A stretch of 64,000 nucleotides of DNA from a candidate division FCPU426 bacterium. GTDB taxonomy: Bacteria > Oederibacteriota > PGYV01 > Palsa-1178. The notes beneath the pieces were generated by a model. That model worked only from the letters and a program-made list of their open reading frames with translations, made no database searches and was not told the origin of the DNA. Position numbers and translations under genes: made by a program. The number at the start of each line of letters is the position of its first letter. The stretch's first letter is position 1. This document shows positions 50,701-63,970 of this stretch, piece by piece. The stretch spans positions 1,152,001-1,216,000 of the forward strand of contig CAWIXE010000001.1 of the NCBI GenBank assembly GCA_963840035.1. The letters run 5' to 3'.

Positions 50701-53700
50701 AAACTCAGACAGAGACAGTGACTGAAACGGCCACGGAAACCTGCACGCAGACAAATACACAAACTGTTACCACGACATATACCGCTACGCAGACAATAAC
50801 TGAAACCGTGACTCAAACAGCCACGGAGACTATTACGCAGACAGCCACGGAGACTGTTACACAGACAGTGACGGAGACTGTAACGCAGACAGCCACGGAG
50901 ACTGTAACGCAGACAGCCACGGAGACTGTAACGCAGACAGCCACGGAGACTGTAACGCAGACAGCCACGGAGACTGTAACGCAGACAGCCACGGAGACTG
51001 TGACGCAGACAGCCACAGAGACTGTAACGCAGACAGCCACGGAGACTGTAACGCAGACAGCCACAGAGACTGTAACGCAGACAGCCACGGAGACTGTAAC
51101 GCAGACAGCCACGGAGACTGTGACGCAGACAGCCACGGAGACTGTAACGCAGACAGTGACTGAGACCGCCACACAGACAGTTACGGAAACTGAAACACAG
51201 ACGGTGACACAGACATCGAGCCAGACTGCGACTGAAACCGCGACCCAGACTGCGACTGAAACTGTGACCCGGACAATAACACAGACCGGAACGCAAACGA
51301 TTACGGAAACCGGAACCCAGACAGCGACCGAAACCATGACACAAACAGCCACTGAAACCGCAACGCAGACAATCACTAAAACTTCTACGGAAACGGCAAC
51401 AGAGACTGCCACGCAGACTAACACGGAATTTGCATCACCGACATATACTCAGACCGCGACTGAAACAGTTACACAGACCGCCACGCAGACAGTCACTGAA
51501 ACCGCAACGCAGACAATAACAGAGACAGCGACACAGACCGTGACTGAAACCGCAACACAGACCGCGACTGAAACCTCCACGAAAACTCTCACGCAGACAC
51601 AGACTCAGACAGTAACGCAGACCAGCACTGCAACACAGACAATGACTGAAACGGCGACACAGACTGTTACTGAAACCGCAACCCTGACAATAACTGAAAC
51701 GCATACACAGACCGTTACCGAGACAGAAACCCGGACAATAACGGAAACAGTGACTCAGACAATAACGGAAACAGCCACTCAAACTATAACTGAAACACAG
51801 ACACAGACCATAACTGAAACACAGACACAGACCATAACTGAAACACAGACACAGACCATCACGGAAACAGCAACTCAGACCATAACTGAAACACAGACAC
51901 ATACCATCACCGAAACGCAGACACAGACCATAACGGAAACAGCGACACGGATCATAACGGAAACAGCCACTCAGACAATAACTGAAACAGCAACACAGAC
52001 CATAACGGAAACAGCCACTCAGACAGCAACTGAAACAGCAACACAGACCATCACGGAAACAGCCACTCAGACAGCAACTGAAACAGAAACACAGACCATC
52101 ACGGAAACAGCCACTCAGACAGCAACTGAAACAGCAACACAGACCATCACGGAAACAGCCACTCAGACAGCAACTGAAACAGCAACACGGACCATCACGG
52201 AAACAGCCACTCAGACAGCAACTGAAACGGCAACACAGACCATCACGGAAACAGCCACTCAGACAGCAACTGAAACGGCAACACAGACCATCACGGAAAC
52301 AGCCACTCAGACAGCAACTGAAACGGCAACACAGACCATCACGGAAACAGCCACTCAGACAGCAACTGAAACGGCAACACAGACCATCACGGAAACAGCC
52401 ACTCAGACAGCAACTGAAACAGCAACCCAGACTGTTACGGAAACAGCAACCCGGACTATAACCGAAACTGTAACACAGACCATCACGGAAACGGAGACAC
52501 AGACTATAACTGAAACTGTAACACAGACCATAACTGAAACACAGACCCGGACTGTAACTGAGACCCAGACACAGACTGTAACGGAAACTGAGACCCAGAC
52601 TGTAACACAGACGCATACACAGACTGCAACGGAAACAGTGACGCACACAATAACTGAAACACAGACGCAGACAGTGACTGAAACACAGACTCAGACAATA
52701 ACTGAAACGGTTACGCGGACAATAACTGAAACCGTGACACAGACAGTAACAGAGTCCGAAACACAGACAGCCACGGAAACAGCGACACAGACAATTACCG
52801 AGACGGCATCCCCTTCACTTACCGCAACTTATACCCCGACAGCCACAATGACTTCCACACCCATATGCGGGGAAGGTTCGGCAAGCATCAGCCCGCTGCA
52901 GGCTGTTGAAGGCTCGGCAGGGAATACATTTATCATAACTTATACCAACGGAGCCACTTTATGGGAAAGCGGCGCGGACCACGGGACACTCAGGATAACA
53001 GTGCCTTCAGCATGGTCTACCCCGGATCCTACGGATTCAAACGCACCCGGATATTTTTCAGTAGCCGTGACAAGCGGAAGCGGTACGGTTTTTGCCGCAA
53101 ATAAGGGAAGCGGGCAGGTAATTGAAATATGGGTCAAAGGTTTCAGCGCAGGCGCGCAGCTAGAGATAACCTACGGGGACACAAGTTACACCAGCCCGGG
53201 GGTATTAATACCGTCCGGAACGGGATCCAGAACTTTTACCGTCGAATCAGACCCTGATTCTTCAGACGCCGGAGGGGTGAATCCGTGCCCGATTACAGCA
53301 AACCCGGCGGTTGATATTATAGCGCCCACTGAAACTGTCACTCCGACTGATACGCAGACAGCAACCAGGACTGTAACGCAAACTTCAACACAAACACAGA
53401 CACAGACGATAACTGAGACGGAAACTGAGACAATAACGCAAACAATAACAGAGACCGCGACGGAAACTGCCACGCAGACTGCAACAGAAACGGCTACGCA
53501 GACATCAACTCAGACAATAACTGAAACAATGACGCAGACAATAACGGAAACCGTGACGCAGACTGTGACGCACACCGTTACGGAAACTTTCACACAAACT
53601 GCGTCAGAAACAGTAACTCAGACAATAACTGAGACCGCCACTCGGACAATAACCGAGACATCCACACAGTCAATAACACAGACAAACACGCAAACAGCGA

Positions 53701-56700
53701 CAGAAACAGCAACACAGACCGTTACGGAAACGGCAACACAGACCATAACTGAAACTGTGACGCAGACCATAACGGAAACAATGACGGAAACAATAACACA
53801 GACCATTACACATACGTCAACCCAGACCGCGACTGAGACTGCGACACAGACGGTTACCCCGACATATACCGCCACAGAGACATCGACAGACACCCCTCAG
53901 GACACGGCGACCGCAACGCAGACAATAACTGAAACAGCCACGCAGACCGTAACGCAGACAATAACGCAGAGTGTAACTGAAACCGCGACACAGACAATAA
54001 CTGAAACAGCAACCCAGACGATAACGCAGACCGTGACTGAAACAGCCACGCAGACAATAACTGAAACAGCCACGCGGACCGTAACGCAGACAATAACGCA
54101 GACTGTAACTGAAACCGCGACACAGACAATAACTGAAACAGCAACCCAGACGATAACGCAGACCGTGACTGAAACAGCCACGCAGACAATAACTGAAACA
54201 GCCACGCAGACCGTAACGCAGACAATAACGCAGACTGCAACTGAAACCGCGACACAGACAATAACACAGTCTGTAACTGAAACCGCGACACAGACAATAA
54301 CTGAAACAGCAACCCAGACGATAACGCAGACCGTGACTGAAACAGCCACGCAGACAATAACTGAAACAGCCACGCAGACCGTAACGCAGACAATAACGCA
54401 GACAATTACACTGACTGTCACCCCCACATATACGGTAACTGAGACTTCTACGGACACGCCGGTTGACACGGCCACAGTTACACAGACCATTACAGAAACA
54501 ATTACACAGACTGTAACCCGGACAGCAACGGAAACGATTACGGGAACGGTAACGCAGACATCCACTCAGACTGTAACAGAAACATATACTGTCACGCAGA
54601 CAATAACGGAAACTTCCACACAAACGTTTACTGAAACAATAACGCAGACATCAACCCAGACTATTACGCAAACCGCCACGCAGACTATAACCGAGACGGC
54701 AACTCAGAGCGTGACGCAGACTGTTACCCAGACCGCCACGCAGACTTCAACCCAGACTGTTACAGAGACCGCAACCCCGACATACACGATAACGGGGACC
54801 GTTACGCAGACGGTAACAGGGACATCCACACAGACAATAACTGAAACTATTACAGAAACGGCGACTCAAACCGTATCACAGACCATTACGCAGACCGCGA
54901 CTCAGACAATTACGCAGACCCACACATTTACCCCGACCCCGACGGATACCCCGACCTCAACTGCTACACCTACATTTACAAATTCGCCTAATGATACTGC
55001 GACACATACTCCGACATTTACGATGACACCGACATATACTGTTACCCAGACAAATACACCGACATTTACAATAACAAGCACCGGGACACCCACATCAACG
55101 GACACTAAAACCATTACGCCGACATTTACTGCAACGGTTTCGTTTACGCCGACATATACGGTGACCCCGACATTTACTAAGGCGGTAGGCGAGGGTTTAT
55201 GTGTGGTCTCGCCGCTTGATTTCATAGCAGGGAATCCGGGATATGTTTTGAAAATCACATATACTGCGGGAGTTCATTCATGGGACGGCGCGCCGGGCAA
55301 CGGCACGCTTAAAGTGACAATACCGTCAGGATGGACCGTACCGGACGCCTTTACACCTGGCGCAGACGGGTACTTCTCAGTTACAACGACTGGGGGCGCT
55401 GAGCTAGTATCAGTGGGAACTGACGGCGGTATGGCAATGATAATAGAAGTAACCGGACTTACTGCAAATACAGGCGAAATAATAATTACTTATGGCGCGG
55501 GTTCAGGCGTAGTACCGGCGGGCCCTGCGGGCAGCCAGGAATTTAAGACGGAGATGGCCTTCAGCGGCGGGGTTGTTGAAGGGATACAGGTACAGCCTGC
55601 CGTTAATGTAGTCGCGCCGACACCTACGATTACGCCGACTAACACCCCTGTAATCGCAGAAGGCAGCATAACAATAGCGCCGGGAACAGTGGCGGCGGGA
55701 ATAAACGGATATGAAATGACATTTGCCTATACTGCAGGGGCAACACCCTGGGGATCAGGGGCGTATTATGGAACGCTTGACATAACAATACCCGCGGGAT
55801 GGACGGTACCAAGCACTAACGGAGCGGATCCCGGATATTACTCGGTCACTTATACTTCAGGAACGCTCTTTACAAAAGGGTTTGTCGCGGGCGACCCGAT
55901 GACCTTAAGAATCAGGCTTCGCGGACTGCTGCCGGGAGGGACCATTACGGTCAAATATGGCCTTGCCATAAATGGAGGAACAACACCGCAGTCTTCAGCG
56001 GGGAATGTAACATTCATTACAAAATGCGACGTGACAAGCCAGGATGGCAACACGACATATCCGCTTATGGTTCAGCCAACAGTGCTTGTTGTAATACCCA
56101 CAGCTACTGTTACTCCGACCATAACGGAAACATCTACGTCAACGCCGACCTTCACAGTTACTGTTACGTTTACTCAGACACAGACAGTCACACAGACAGT
56201 GACGGAAACTATTACCGAGACATATACTATCTCTGAAACCCCGACAATATCGCCCACAGGGACCATAACTGAAACTCCGTCAGGAACGCCGACAATAACG
56301 GAAACTGAAACTTCCACCGACACACCTACGGATACAGCCACTCAGACCATAACTGAAACAGCCACACAGACGGTTACGCAGACAATGACCCAAACAGCCA
56401 CGGAAACCGCGACGGAGTCCGTGACAGAAACAGTTACGCAGACTGTAACGGAAACTGACACACAGACTGTGACACAGACAGCGACACAGACAGCGACAGA
56501 AACCGTAACGCAGACAATAACGCAGACCGGTACGCAGACAATAACACAAACTGTGACACAAACGGACACGCAGACTGTGACAGAAACAGCGACGGAAACA
56601 ATGACACAGACAATTACTCAGACAGACACGGAGACAATAACACAGACAATCACACAGACTGACACTCAGACAGTAACCCAGACAGTGACGCAGACGGCCA

Positions 56701-59141
56701 CGCAGACAGCGACGGAAACAGTCACGGAAACGATAACCCAAACAATAACGCAGACAGTTACTGAGACAGTAACGCAGACTGTTACTCAGACAGACACGCA
56801 GACAGTAACCGAAACCATAACCCAAACAGTAACGCAGACTGTTACGGAGACTGTAACGCAGACAGTAACACAGACAGACACACAGACCACGACTGAGACT
56901 ATCACGCAGACTATTACGCAGACGGATACACAAACTGTTACACAGACTATTACAAAGACAGCCACACAGACCATAACTGAAACTGCTACAGAAACAATAA
57001 CTCAGACCGTAACACAGACAGCTACTGAAACCATTACTCAGACGGCAACGCAGACTATAACCCAAACAGTGACGCAGACCATAACGCAGACAGATACTCC
57101 GACGTCCACGGCTACTCCTACGGACACCCCGATAATAGGAGAAGGAACCGCGATTATTATACCTGTGCAGGCATCTTCAGGCACTTCAGGAAATACCCTG
57201 CAGATAATATATACTTCCGGGCTGACAACCTGGTCTGCCGGCGGAGGGACATTACGGATTACTGTCCCGGCCGGATGGACAGCGCCGAGCACGGATTCCG
57301 CTAATGACGGATTCTTCTCCGCCACTTGTTCAGGCGGATCCATAGACGGGACAAGCGCAGCAGGTATGAATATGTTTATAACAGTCTCAAGCCTGCCGGG
57401 CAGCTATATCGGAACTATAACGGTAACATACGGGGATAAGTCAGGCGGCGGAAATGGAGCTGTTTCCCAGATGGGAACAGGTACGGCAGTATTTGAAGTT
57501 TGGATGGCCACAAGCGGGACAGATGTACATGCAATCCTTTCGCATCCGACAATCAACATGGTAACGCCGACCTCCACGTCCACATCAACGCCGACATCCA
57601 CTCCTACATTTACTGTAACGCTTACGTCAACTCCTATTATAGGCCAGGGTACTGCCATGGTGAGCCCGGGAACTGTTACAGCGGCAAGCGTTGGAAATAA
57701 AATGGCCATAGAATTTACCAACGGCCCAAATCCGTGGGCTTCATTCCCGGACTATGGCGCGCTTAAAATACACATCCCGGCCGGGTGGTCAGCGCCGAAT
57801 GCCGTGGACAGCAACGCAGACGGATACTTTACAGTATCAGCTGACAGCGGTTCTAATATGATGGCAATAGCGGCAGGACAGGTAATAATAATTACATCAG
57901 AAGGACTTGCCGCGGGCGGAAAGATTACAATAACCTATGGAGACTCGGTACAGGGCGCAGTGGCGCAGGGGTCGCCAGCCACTGTAGATTTCATAGTTGA
58001 ATCTTCGCTTAATGGGGACACCACTTATCCTATCATGTTGATGCCGCAGGTTGTAGTGCTTGCCCCGACGGAAACAGTAACATCAACAAACACACCTACA
58101 GCTACAGAGACATTTACAATAACGCCGACGGACACGATAACCGAGACTGTAACGGAAACATCGACGCAGACCATTACTATGACGGTTACACCTACGATTA
58201 CGATGACATTTACTCCTGCTGCTTCTCCTGTAAAGCCGGCGGGTTTATCAGTCGCTCAAAACGGCCTGAACACTACCCTGCAGTGGGGCACTGACCCGAA
58301 TGTGAATTCATATAATATTTATGCAGCGACCGGGGCGCTTGGCAAATTTAACACCTTCCCCGGAGGATGGTCCATTATCGCAACTGTGCTGCCTACACCG
58401 GTCACTTCAAGCTATACATACGCTGACGCGGTTACGAATACATTCTGCTTCTATTACGTGACAGGAACGAACGCGGCCGGCGAAGGCGCGGCTTCGGTAA
58501 TGGGGGCAAAGACCACCTTCAGATTCAAGTATAACGCCGGTGGCAAAAACGCGTATATTATTTCCCTGCCATACAGCTCGAAATTCGCGAAAGCAAGCAA
58601 CATAATAACGGATATAGAAGGAAGCCTGCTGACAGCGCCGGTGAAAGTGGACCTCATATCAGTTTGGTATCCGGGCATGCAGTCCTTTATAGCGTACAGG
58701 TACATAGCCCCTTCATGGAGGGTGCCAAACTGGAACGTGGACGCAGGCACGCTTTCATCAAATGCCATTTACTTAAATGTAATCTCTGATTTTGACTGGA
58801 CAGTCGCTGGTGTTGATACCGAAACGCAATTATTCTTTAAATACAACTCGGCAGGCCAGAGCGTGAACCAGAGGATGCTGCCGTATACTTCAAAATATAA
58901 GAAAGCTTCGGATATTGTAAAGGAAATTGAAGGCGGGACAGGGATAGGGACAAATACAAAAATAAGCGTTGTCGCAAAGTGGTATCCTGAGTACCAGTAC
59001 TTCGTAGGGTACCTGTATAATGGAAACAGGTGGGTGACGGATTTTGACATAAAACCGGGTGACGCGGTAAGCCTGTACATGAGCGGCAATACAGCCGAGT
59101 TTAACTGGCTGCCCGGGCTTGTTCCTACGCCTGTACCATAA
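47778..59141 (+). CDS. Giant secreted surface protein: 9 repeated beta-rich domains, (Thr-X)n tracts, FN3-like domain, duplicated C-terminal domain
   Basis: Signal-like [18 protein letters not shown]; repeats GEGSA..SP...GNT..I.YT.G...W...TIP.GW..P. Start uncertain (GTG 47778 or TTG 47838). Confidence 0.85.
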   Translation: MFLYIEPYKKPAISKRSFVPLARISILKGQREGNLKKLIGIFLSLLIPFCLYAFTDDGSATVSPSVIATDSTGNVVTIEYTAATTVWASGGQLKVTVPAGWPTPTNSTTNSQGYYTVAVSGGTKLVDYVSASDIVVVMSSLNSAGKITITYGSKSGGGPGITAPSVAETAGFAVSSQPNPATDLLQPLTGGSPFQIDVKAPTPTATPTITATFSFSPTETPSYTITETQTISPTFTVTLTHSQTYTVTPTNTPVRGEGSAVVSPANVITGATGNTMIITYTAGASSWAADPGYGTIKITIPSGWSAPSNTPNAPGYYTVDVKGGTENSRSVSGQIITLKVYGLPADSGEIIVTYGDKTFGSPGATAQGAAGTAAFNISTTTSGDTVFPINEQPSVNVNAPTPTYTPSYTVTVTDTMTVTGTPTITPTDTATQTITETYTYTETLTSTFTMTYTPTSTVTPSFTPTLTATATNTPVRGEGSAVISPLSAAAGVPGNTMVITFTNGAVPWASGANNGIIRFVIPAGWSAPSYSAANPGYFTVDITGGTEVGRALSGQTIKISIDGLAAGGQVVLTYGASAGAVSQGTTGTALFGVETSSDNSINELTYPINASPLSVGVLDATATATVTPTDTPTFTSTITRTVTQTYTATETFTPTHTQTNTPTFTVTQTATQSVTPTNTPTFTVTQTDTPTFTVTQTVTQTATQTVTPTYTVTGTFTATPTVTCTSTFTVTQTITPTNTPIIGEGSATINPVTAVAGSPGNTLDINYLPGATAWSNGQLEVTIPSGWSVPNKTITTADGYYTVNITNGTLITDYVIGNRIVIILSTLQTNGSVQIVYGSKTGGGNGATAQGAAGTAVFVIKTDPLGSSVHEIMGSPSVDVIEPTPTSTITQTGTPTITQTATETVTETVTQTMTETATETATQTATQTGTQTVTQTVTQTATETATETATQTVTQTATETVTTTVTETATQTATETQTETVTETATETCTQTNTQTVTTTYTATQTITETVTQTATETITQTATETVTQTVTETVTQTATETVTQTATETVTQTATETVTQTATETVTQTATETVTQTATETVTQTATETVTQTATETVTQTATETVTQTATETVTQTATETVTQTVTETATQTVTETETQTVTQTSSQTATETATQTATETVTRTITQTGTQTITETGTQTATETMTQTATETATQTITKTSTETATETATQTNTEFASPTYTQTATETVTQTATQTVTETATQTITETATQTVTETATQTATETSTKTLTQTQTQTVTQTSTATQTMTETATQTVTETATLTITETHTQTVTETETRTITETVTQTITETATQTITETQTQTITETQTQTITETQTQTITETATQTITETQTHTITETQTQTITETATRIITETATQTITETATQTITETATQTATETATQTITETATQTATETETQTITETATQTATETATQTITETATQTATETATRTITETATQTATETATQTITETATQTATETATQTITETATQTATETATQTITETATQTATETATQTITETATQTATETATQTVTETATRTITETVTQTITETETQTITETVTQTITETQTRTVTETQTQTVTETETQTVTQTHTQTATETVTHTITETQTQTVTETQTQTITETVTRTITETVTQTVTESETQTATETATQTITETASPSLTATYTPTATMTSTPICGEGSASISPLQAVEGSAGNTFIITYTNGATLWESGADHGTLRITVPSAWSTPDPTDSNAPGYFSVAVTSGSGTVFAANKGSGQVIEIWVKGFSAGAQLEITYGDTSYTSPGVLIPSGTGSRTFTVESDPDSSDAGGVNPCPITANPAVDIIAPTETVTPTDTQTATRTVTQTSTQTQTQTITETETETITQTITETATETATQTATETATQTSTQTITETMTQTITETVTQTVTHTVTETFTQTASETVTQTITETATRTITETSTQSITQTNTQTATETATQTVTETATQTITETVTQTITETMTETITQTITHTSTQTATETATQTVTPTYTATETSTDTPQDTATATQTITETATQTVTQTITQSVTETATQTITETATQTITQTVTETATQTITETATRTVTQTITQTVTETATQTITETATQTITQTVTETATQTITETATQTVTQTITQTATETATQTITQSVTETATQTITETATQTITQTVTETATQTITETATQTVTQTITQTITLTVTPTYTVTETSTDTPVDTATVTQTITETITQTVTRTATETITGTVTQTSTQTVTETYTVTQTITETSTQTFTETITQTSTQTITQTATQTITETATQSVTQTVTQTATQTSTQTVTETATPTYTITGTVTQTVTGTSTQTITETITETATQTVSQTITQTATQTITQTHTFTPTPTDTPTSTATPTFTNSPNDTATHTPTFTMTPTYTVTQTNTPTFTITSTGTPTSTDTKTITPTFTATVSFTPTYTVTPTFTKAVGEGLCVVSPLDFIAGNPGYVLKITYTAGVHSWDGAPGNGTLKVTIPSGWTVPDAFTPGADGYFSVTTTGGAELVSVGTDGGMAMIIEVTGLTANTGEIIITYGAGSGVVPAGPAGSQEFKTEMAFSGGVVEGIQVQPAVNVVAPTPTITPTNTPVIAEGSITIAPGTVAAGINGYEMTFAYTAGATPWGSGAYYGTLDITIPAGWTVPSTNGADPGYYSVTYTSGTLFTKGFVAGDPMTLRIRLRGLLPGGTITVKYGLAINGGTTPQSSAGNVTFITKCDVTSQDGNTTYPLMVQPTVLVVIPTATVTPTITETSTSTPTFTVTVTFTQTQTVTQTVTETITETYTISETPTISPTGTITETPSGTPTITETETSTDTPTDTATQTITETATQTVTQTMTQTATETATESVTETVTQTVTETDTQTVTQTATQTATETVTQTITQTGTQTITQTVTQTDTQTVTETATETMTQTITQTDTETITQTITQTDTQTVTQTVTQTATQTATETVTETITQTITQTVTETVTQTVTQTDTQTVTETITQTVTQTVTETVTQTVTQTDTQTTTETITQTITQTDTQTVTQTITKTATQTITETATETITQTVTQTATETITQTATQTITQTVTQTITQTDTPTSTATPTDTPIIGEGTAIIIPVQASSGTSGNTLQIIYTSGLTTWSAGGGTLRITVPAGWTAPSTDSANDGFFSATCSGGSIDGTSAAGMNMFITVSSLPGSYIGTITVTYGDKSGGGNGAVSQMGTGTAVFEVWMATSGTDVHAILSHPTINMVTPTSTSTSTPTSTPTFTVTLTSTPIIGQGTAMVSPGTVTAASVGNKMAIEFTNGPNPWASFPDYGALKIHIPAGWSAPNAVDSNADGYFTVSADSGSNMMAIAAGQVIIITSEGLAAGGKITITYGDSVQGAVAQGSPATVDFIVESSLNGDTTYPIMLMPQVVVLAPTETVTSTNTPTATETFTITPTDTITETVTETSTQTITMTVTPTITMTFTPAASPVKPAGLSVAQNGLNTTLQWGTDPNVNSYNIYAATGALGKFNTFPGGWSIIATVLPTPVTSSYTYADAVTNTFCFYYVTGTNAAGEGAASVMGAKTTFRFKYNAGGKNAYIISLPYSSKFAKASNIITDIEGSLLTAPVKVDLISVWYPGMQSFIAYRYIAPSWRVPNWNVDAGTLSSNAIYLNVISDFDWTVAGVDTETQLFFKYNSAGQSVNQRMLPYTSKYKKASDIVKEIEGGTGIGTNTKISVVAKWYPEYQYFVGYLYNGNRWVTDFDIKPGDAVSLYMSGNTAEFNWLPGLVPTPVP
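50889..51152 (+). repeat. Coding tandem repeat, 11 x 24 nt (TATETVTQ)
   Basis: ACAGCCACGGAGACTGTAACGCAG units, near-identical. Confidence 0.9.
51996..52427 (+). repeat. Coding tandem repeat, 9 x 48 nt ([16 protein letters not shown])
   Basis: CAGACCATCACGGAAACAGCCACTCAGACAGCAACTGAAAC.GCAACA units. Confidence 0.88.
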
Positions 59142-59163
59142 AATCTTTAGAGGAGAAATAAAA

Positions 59164-60420
59164 GTGAAAAAAGCCATCATTCTATTGACTGTGTTGTTTG
59201 CCGCTGCCGGACATACTTACGGCAGCGCCGGCGATTTCCTATACGGCGAGGTATACGCGGCTGACGGTTCGTCAGGCACGGCATCCACAGAAAACAGCTA
59301 CGGAGGATTGATAGCATACAGGATAGGCGTATCCGGGGAAATCGCCACTGAGCACGCTGACTGGGCTTCGCACCCTGAATTAACCCCGGGGCAGATTTAC
59401 CTGGCAAATTCGGATTCCGGAACTGATTACCCGGCGTCTTTTAACACAAGTGTGAACGCGGACTGGACCGTTCCGGTATCGGCAGGGCAGGAAGTTGTCG
59501 CAATTATTCAGACATACAGCGGACAGTTCGGCTGGGGCGGGGATTCATATTGCGCGGCGGCAAAAGGGGTAATTGCGGCAAGCACGCCCATTACCATTTT
59601 TCATGATATGCAGCTCGGAAAAATACCGCGGCCCCAGGCGGAAACCATTTCATCCACTTCGGTGGCGTTGACCTGGACAGGTATGTCAAATGACCCGGAT
59701 AATCTGATAATGGGCTACACAGTTTACAGATCTTTAAGTCCTGACGGGACATATGAACCCTCAACAACAATAGCCCCCCATACAGCGGGAGGAACTGTAA
59801 CATTTTCTGATAACGCTGTTACAATGGGCGCGAGTTATTATTATAAAATAGCGGTCAATTATGAATGGGATGGTGTTGGAAATACAGTGCCGGCTTATGT
59901 GACCCTGGCAAAATCAGAGCACAGCGATGAAGTGGCGATACCGGGAGCGACAAAAACTTTCACCCCGACAAATACTGTCTCACATACTGCTACCGCTACG
60001 CAGACAATTACACAGACAGCGACGACAACAGCTTCGCCAACATTTACGGCAACCGTGACAATAACTTCCACGGTTACGGTGTCTCCGACAAAAACTGCCA
60101 CTTTGCAGCCCACGGCCACGGCGACTAAGACGGCGGTTCCTGCGCATTCCGTCATAATAAAGGAAAAAGTAATTGTGTTCAATAACCCGGTGAAAAACAG
60201 CGTTATTAAAGTCGGGTTTATGGCGGAAAATGACGGCGAAGCCATATTTGAATTTTTTGGCATTAGCGGGGAGCTTATCCGGAAGGAAAGAGTCAACGCT
60301 GTAAAAGGCGCGAATATTTTTGAAAGAAAATTCGAAAAAATGGCCCCGGGCGTATATATAGTAAAGATCCGTGTGGACGGCAGGTTCCTGCCGGACAGAA
60401 AAATCGGTTTTATAAAATAA
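59164..60420 (+). CDS. Secreted FN3-like + Thr-rich protein with a T9SS type-A-like C-terminal domain
   Basis: AGGAG + GTG, signal peptide, LTW...GYTVYRS...YYYKI, FNNPV...GELIR...APGVYIVKI...K.GFIK. Confidence 0.8.
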   Translation: MKKAIILLTVLFAAAGHTYGSAGDFLYGEVYAADGSSGTASTENSYGGLIAYRIGVSGEIATEHADWASHPELTPGQIYLANSDSGTDYPASFNTSVNADWTVPVSAGQEVVAIIQTYSGQFGWGGDSYCAAAKGVIAASTPITIFHDMQLGKIPRPQAETISSTSVALTWTGMSNDPDNLIMGYTVYRSLSPDGTYEPSTTIAPHTAGGTVTFSDNAVTMGASYYYKIAVNYEWDGVGNTVPAYVTLAKSEHSDEVAIPGATKTFTPTNTVSHTATATQTITQTATTTASPTFTATVTITSTVTVSPTKTATLQPTATATKTAVPAHSVIIKEKVIVFNNPVKNSVIKVGFMAENDGEAIFEFFGISGELIRKERVNAVKGANIFERKFEKMAPGVYIVKIRVDGRFLPDRKIGFIK

Positions 60421-60445
60421 TTAATACATCAAAAGGAGAAAAGAA

Positions 60446-63400
60446 TTGAAGGGAAAATTCTTCGGGCACATGAGGCCGGCTGCTTTTGTCGCTGCGTTTA
60501 TTATTGCCTTTGCCTTTGTCCTGCAGGCCGACATTATAAACCTTAACGCGACAGGCGAAATGTCGGGAAAAATACAGGGCTGGTATGATTCTGTGAGCAT
60601 CGCGGCATATGATTCGGACAGCGCTTATACGTCGGTCAGCGGTACAAGCCTATATACTGAATTTGACAACTCAACATACCTCGGGCCCGTGAACACGGTC
60701 ACGCTTCATATATTTCACAGCGCCACAGGCAGCACTGCGGGAGATACTCTTGAATATAATCTGAGCAATGACGGCGGCACAAACTGGTTTTCCGCGGTGG
60801 ATACTTTTGATGCTTTTTCAGAGGCGCTTATTCTTGACGCTCCGGTTATGACTGATGCTGAAACAGAATACACGCTTGAGATTTCGCCGATATACAGCGC
60901 GTGGGACTGGAATAAAGTAAATAATCTGGGTATGGTAATCAGGGCTATGGGAACAACTTTTACCCAGGCGAAGATAAACTATGTTTACCTTGCTGTGGAT
61001 TATACTGCCGAGTCGCCGACGATAACACCGACATTTACAGATACGCCGACGGAAACCCCCACCTGGACAAGTTCACCGGATTATTCCGCGACTGATACGC
61101 CGTCTATTACAGATACTCCTACGGGCACTCCTACCCCGACCGGATCTGCAACTGTCACAGTTACGGGAACAGATACTCCAAGCATTACAGCGACAGATTC
61201 CGGAACCCCGACAGATACGTTCACGGCAACATACACTGCTACGGACACTTCGACACCTTCAGCAACATGTACCGGAACCGGGACAGACACCAATTCAGCA
61301 ACACCTACTGGTACAACCACAATATCACCAACACCAACGGATACAGGCACTGTCACGGCGACTCCGACGGATTCGCCGGTTTCCTCGGCAACAGACACGC
61401 CGTCTGTTACGGGGACATTTACTGCGACAGGAACATCAACCGCGACATTCACCGGTACTGTTACGCCCACTTCCACGGATACCGGAACGCAAACCATGAC
61501 AGATACGAAAACATTTACGCCCACGGCAACTCAGACTGTTACCCGGACAAACACAAACTCTCCGGTAAATACAAATACTTTTACACAGACTTCTACACCG
61601 ACAAATACCGCGACGCCATCCAGGACTGTAAGCGATACGCCGACTGCTACAGGGACAGGAACAATAACTCAGACAAATACAATAACGCCAACATTTACCG
61701 ACAGCCCGGTTGCAACAAATACGCCTTTCGGCGAAGGCAGCGCGATTATCAATCCGGGTTTTGCCGCGGCAGGGACATCAGGAAATACCATGACCATAGT
61801 ATATACGGCCGGGGCAACCACGTGGGTTAATGGGGTTTTAAAGGTCATAATACCATCAGGCTGGTCAGCGCCGAGCGCAAATACTGTTGATCCCGGATAC
61901 TTCAGGGTTACTGTTTCAGGAGGCTCATCTTCAGGATCTTCAAAAAGCGGACAGACAATAACTGTTAATATTAATTCACTTACCGCATTTTCAGGGACAA
62001 TAACTGTTGTCTATGGAAGCAAAGCCTCAGGCGGGCCGGGCGCAACATGCCAGCCATTGCCGGGAACACCCGTATTTACAGTTGAAAGCAATCCAACAGG
62101 GGCGGTCACATATCCGATTACAATATTGCCGCAGGTTACAGTTACTAATCCAACGGCAACAGCTACATATACATATTCAAATACATTCACCAGCACTATC
62201 ACTCAGACGCACACCGTATCACCGACATATACAGCGTCGCCGACCCCGATAACAGGGGAAGGCAGCGCGGCGATAATACCGGCAGGAGCAGTAGCCTGGT
62301 CGACAGGGAATACTTTTTCAATTGAATACACCGCGGGCCCATCAAACTGGGCGGCGTCTCCGGGATTTGGTTCAATGAAAATATCAATCCCCGCAGGCTG
62401 GCCGGCGCCGGTGACAACGTCATCAGCACAGGGTTATTATACGGTAGTATTAACCGGAGGAACTCTTGCCGGGAAAAGTTCCTCGGGGCAGGATATCAGG
62501 GTGTCGGCAAGCGATGTCTTAGCGGGCCAGAAAATAATTGTGACATACGGGAACAGGGCTGGCGGCGGACCGGGAATTACAGCGCCTGCAGGCGGCACGC
62601 ATATTTTCCGCGTGGAAGCAGCCACAAGCGGATTAACGACGCACCCGATAGCGGTTTTTCCTGTGGTGAACCTTTCAACCCCTACATCGACTCCGACCGC
62701 TTCTGTTACGATGACATATACCAGCACTCCAAATTCAACTCCGGTACCACCCCCGGCTTTTGCATCACAGCAAAGCGGCGGGAATACAACTTTAAGCTGG
62801 ACAAGCGGTGCCAATATTGATTATTACAAAATATACCTTGCGACAGGCCCTTCAGGAAGGCTTTATTCTTTCCCGACAGGATGGACGCTTGTTGCGACAG
62901 TGGTCCCGACCCCGGGGACAAGTTCATACAGTGACGCTTCAAATCCTCAAACATACTGTTTTTACCGTGTTTCCGCTGTAAATGGAGCGGGAGAAAGCCA
63001 GCCGGCAGCGATGGCCTCAAGAATAAAATATGTTTTTAATTATAATGCCGGCAGCCAGAATTCCTACAGGATAGGGCTTCCTTTTAATTCGCCATACGGC
63101 ACTGCGTCCGCTATAGTCACAAGTATTGAGGGAAATCCTGTAACCGCTTCAAGAATAAATAATATCGCTTTCTGGGATCCTTCACAGCAGTCGTACATCG
63201 CGCGCAGTTATATAAACGGATCGTGGAGGGCGCCTGACTGGACAGTGGATGCGGGTACTCTTTCGTCGAACGCTATATTTGTTAATGTGGTTTCGGCTTT
63301 TACCTGGAATGTGACAGGCACGGATAAATCAGCGCCGCTTTTCTTCAAATATTATCCCGGCAAACAAAACATGCAGGAGAGGATGATTCCGTACGCTTCG

Positions 63401-63649
63401 GCTTATCAGAAGGCGTCGGATATAGTAAGAGATATAGAAGGAAATACCGCGACCGCGAACAGGATAAACCTGATAGCTGTCTTTAATCCGGCGATGCAAT
63501 CATACACAGCATACGTCCATAATGGAACCATATGGCCGGCTCCTTCGAATTTTAATGTAGTGCCCGGGGATATCATACAAATACGCTTAAGCGGGACTAC
63601 TTCTGAGTTTACATGGACACCGAAAATGGCTGGAACTCCTATACCGTAA
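60446..63649 (+). CDS. Secreted Thr-rich surface protein, paralog of the giant protein
   Basis: AAGGAG + TTG; two GEGSA domains, FN3-like domain, same duplicated C-terminal module ending TPIP. Confidence 0.85.
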   Translation: MKGKFFGHMRPAAFVAAFIIAFAFVLQADIINLNATGEMSGKIQGWYDSVSIAAYDSDSAYTSVSGTSLYTEFDNSTYLGPVNTVTLHIFHSATGSTAGDTLEYNLSNDGGTNWFSAVDTFDAFSEALILDAPVMTDAETEYTLEISPIYSAWDWNKVNNLGMVIRAMGTTFTQAKINYVYLAVDYTAESPTITPTFTDTPTETPTWTSSPDYSATDTPSITDTPTGTPTPTGSATVTVTGTDTPSITATDSGTPTDTFTATYTATDTSTPSATCTGTGTDTNSATPTGTTTISPTPTDTGTVTATPTDSPVSSATDTPSVTGTFTATGTSTATFTGTVTPTSTDTGTQTMTDTKTFTPTATQTVTRTNTNSPVNTNTFTQTSTPTNTATPSRTVSDTPTATGTGTITQTNTITPTFTDSPVATNTPFGEGSAIINPGFAAAGTSGNTMTIVYTAGATTWVNGVLKVIIPSGWSAPSANTVDPGYFRVTVSGGSSSGSSKSGQTITVNINSLTAFSGTITVVYGSKASGGPGATCQPLPGTPVFTVESNPTGAVTYPITILPQVTVTNPTATATYTYSNTFTSTITQTHTVSPTYTASPTPITGEGSAAIIPAGAVAWSTGNTFSIEYTAGPSNWAASPGFGSMKISIPAGWPAPVTTSSAQGYYTVVLTGGTLAGKSSSGQDIRVSASDVLAGQKIIVTYGNRAGGGPGITAPAGGTHIFRVEAATSGLTTHPIAVFPVVNLSTPTSTPTASVTMTYTSTPNSTPVPPPAFASQQSGGNTTLSWTSGANIDYYKIYLATGPSGRLYSFPTGWTLVATVVPTPGTSSYSDASNPQTYCFYRVSAVNGAGESQPAAMASRIKYVFNYNAGSQNSYRIGLPFNSPYGTASAIVTSIEGNPVTASRINNIAFWDPSQQSYIARSYINGSWRAPDWTVDAGTLSSNAIFVNVVSAFTWNVTGTDKSAPLFFKYYPGKQNMQERMIPYASAYQKASDIVRDIEGNTATANRINLIAVFNPAMQSYTAYVHNGTIWPAPSNFNVVPGDIIQIRLSGTTSEFTWTPKMAGTPIP

Positions 63650-63941
63650 AGTAATTGTGGTTTTAGAAATTTTTCCGGTGAAAAACACGAAAAATTTTGA
63701 AAATGTTTATAAGTCGGAAAAAAATGGCAAGAATATGAATTTTTGGGTTATGTGTTGTGGATATGTGTATAAACTGAATTACCTAATCAAAAACAATAAT
63801 AAAAAAATATTTGACTTATAAACAAGGAGAAAAAGCAAAAAATGAAAATATTTTCGTTTTTAAAAAAGTTCCAAAATAGGCGTAAAATAAGGCTTTCCAG
63901 CACCTTTTTTAGCCATATTTCATTGGGAAAACAAATTTCGT

Positions 63942-63970
63942 TTGACAAAAAAACTACAATATTGTATAAT
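63942..63970 (+). promoter_or_regulatory. Consensus sigma70 promoter for a gene beyond the window
   Basis: TTGACA-17-TATAAT. Confidence 0.75.

Noticed and set aside
50889..52427. Possible CRISPR array
   Set aside because: Repeats are contiguous, in-frame and coding, with no unique spacers and no cas genes.
50376..57343. Long minus-strand Val/Cys/Ser-rich ORFs
   Set aside because: They are antisense shadows of the ACN-rich Thr repeats, which lack stops on the reverse strand.
63725..63740. Sigma-54 promoters (TGGCAAG here and at ~47839)
   Set aside because: The -12 GC element is absent at the required spacing.
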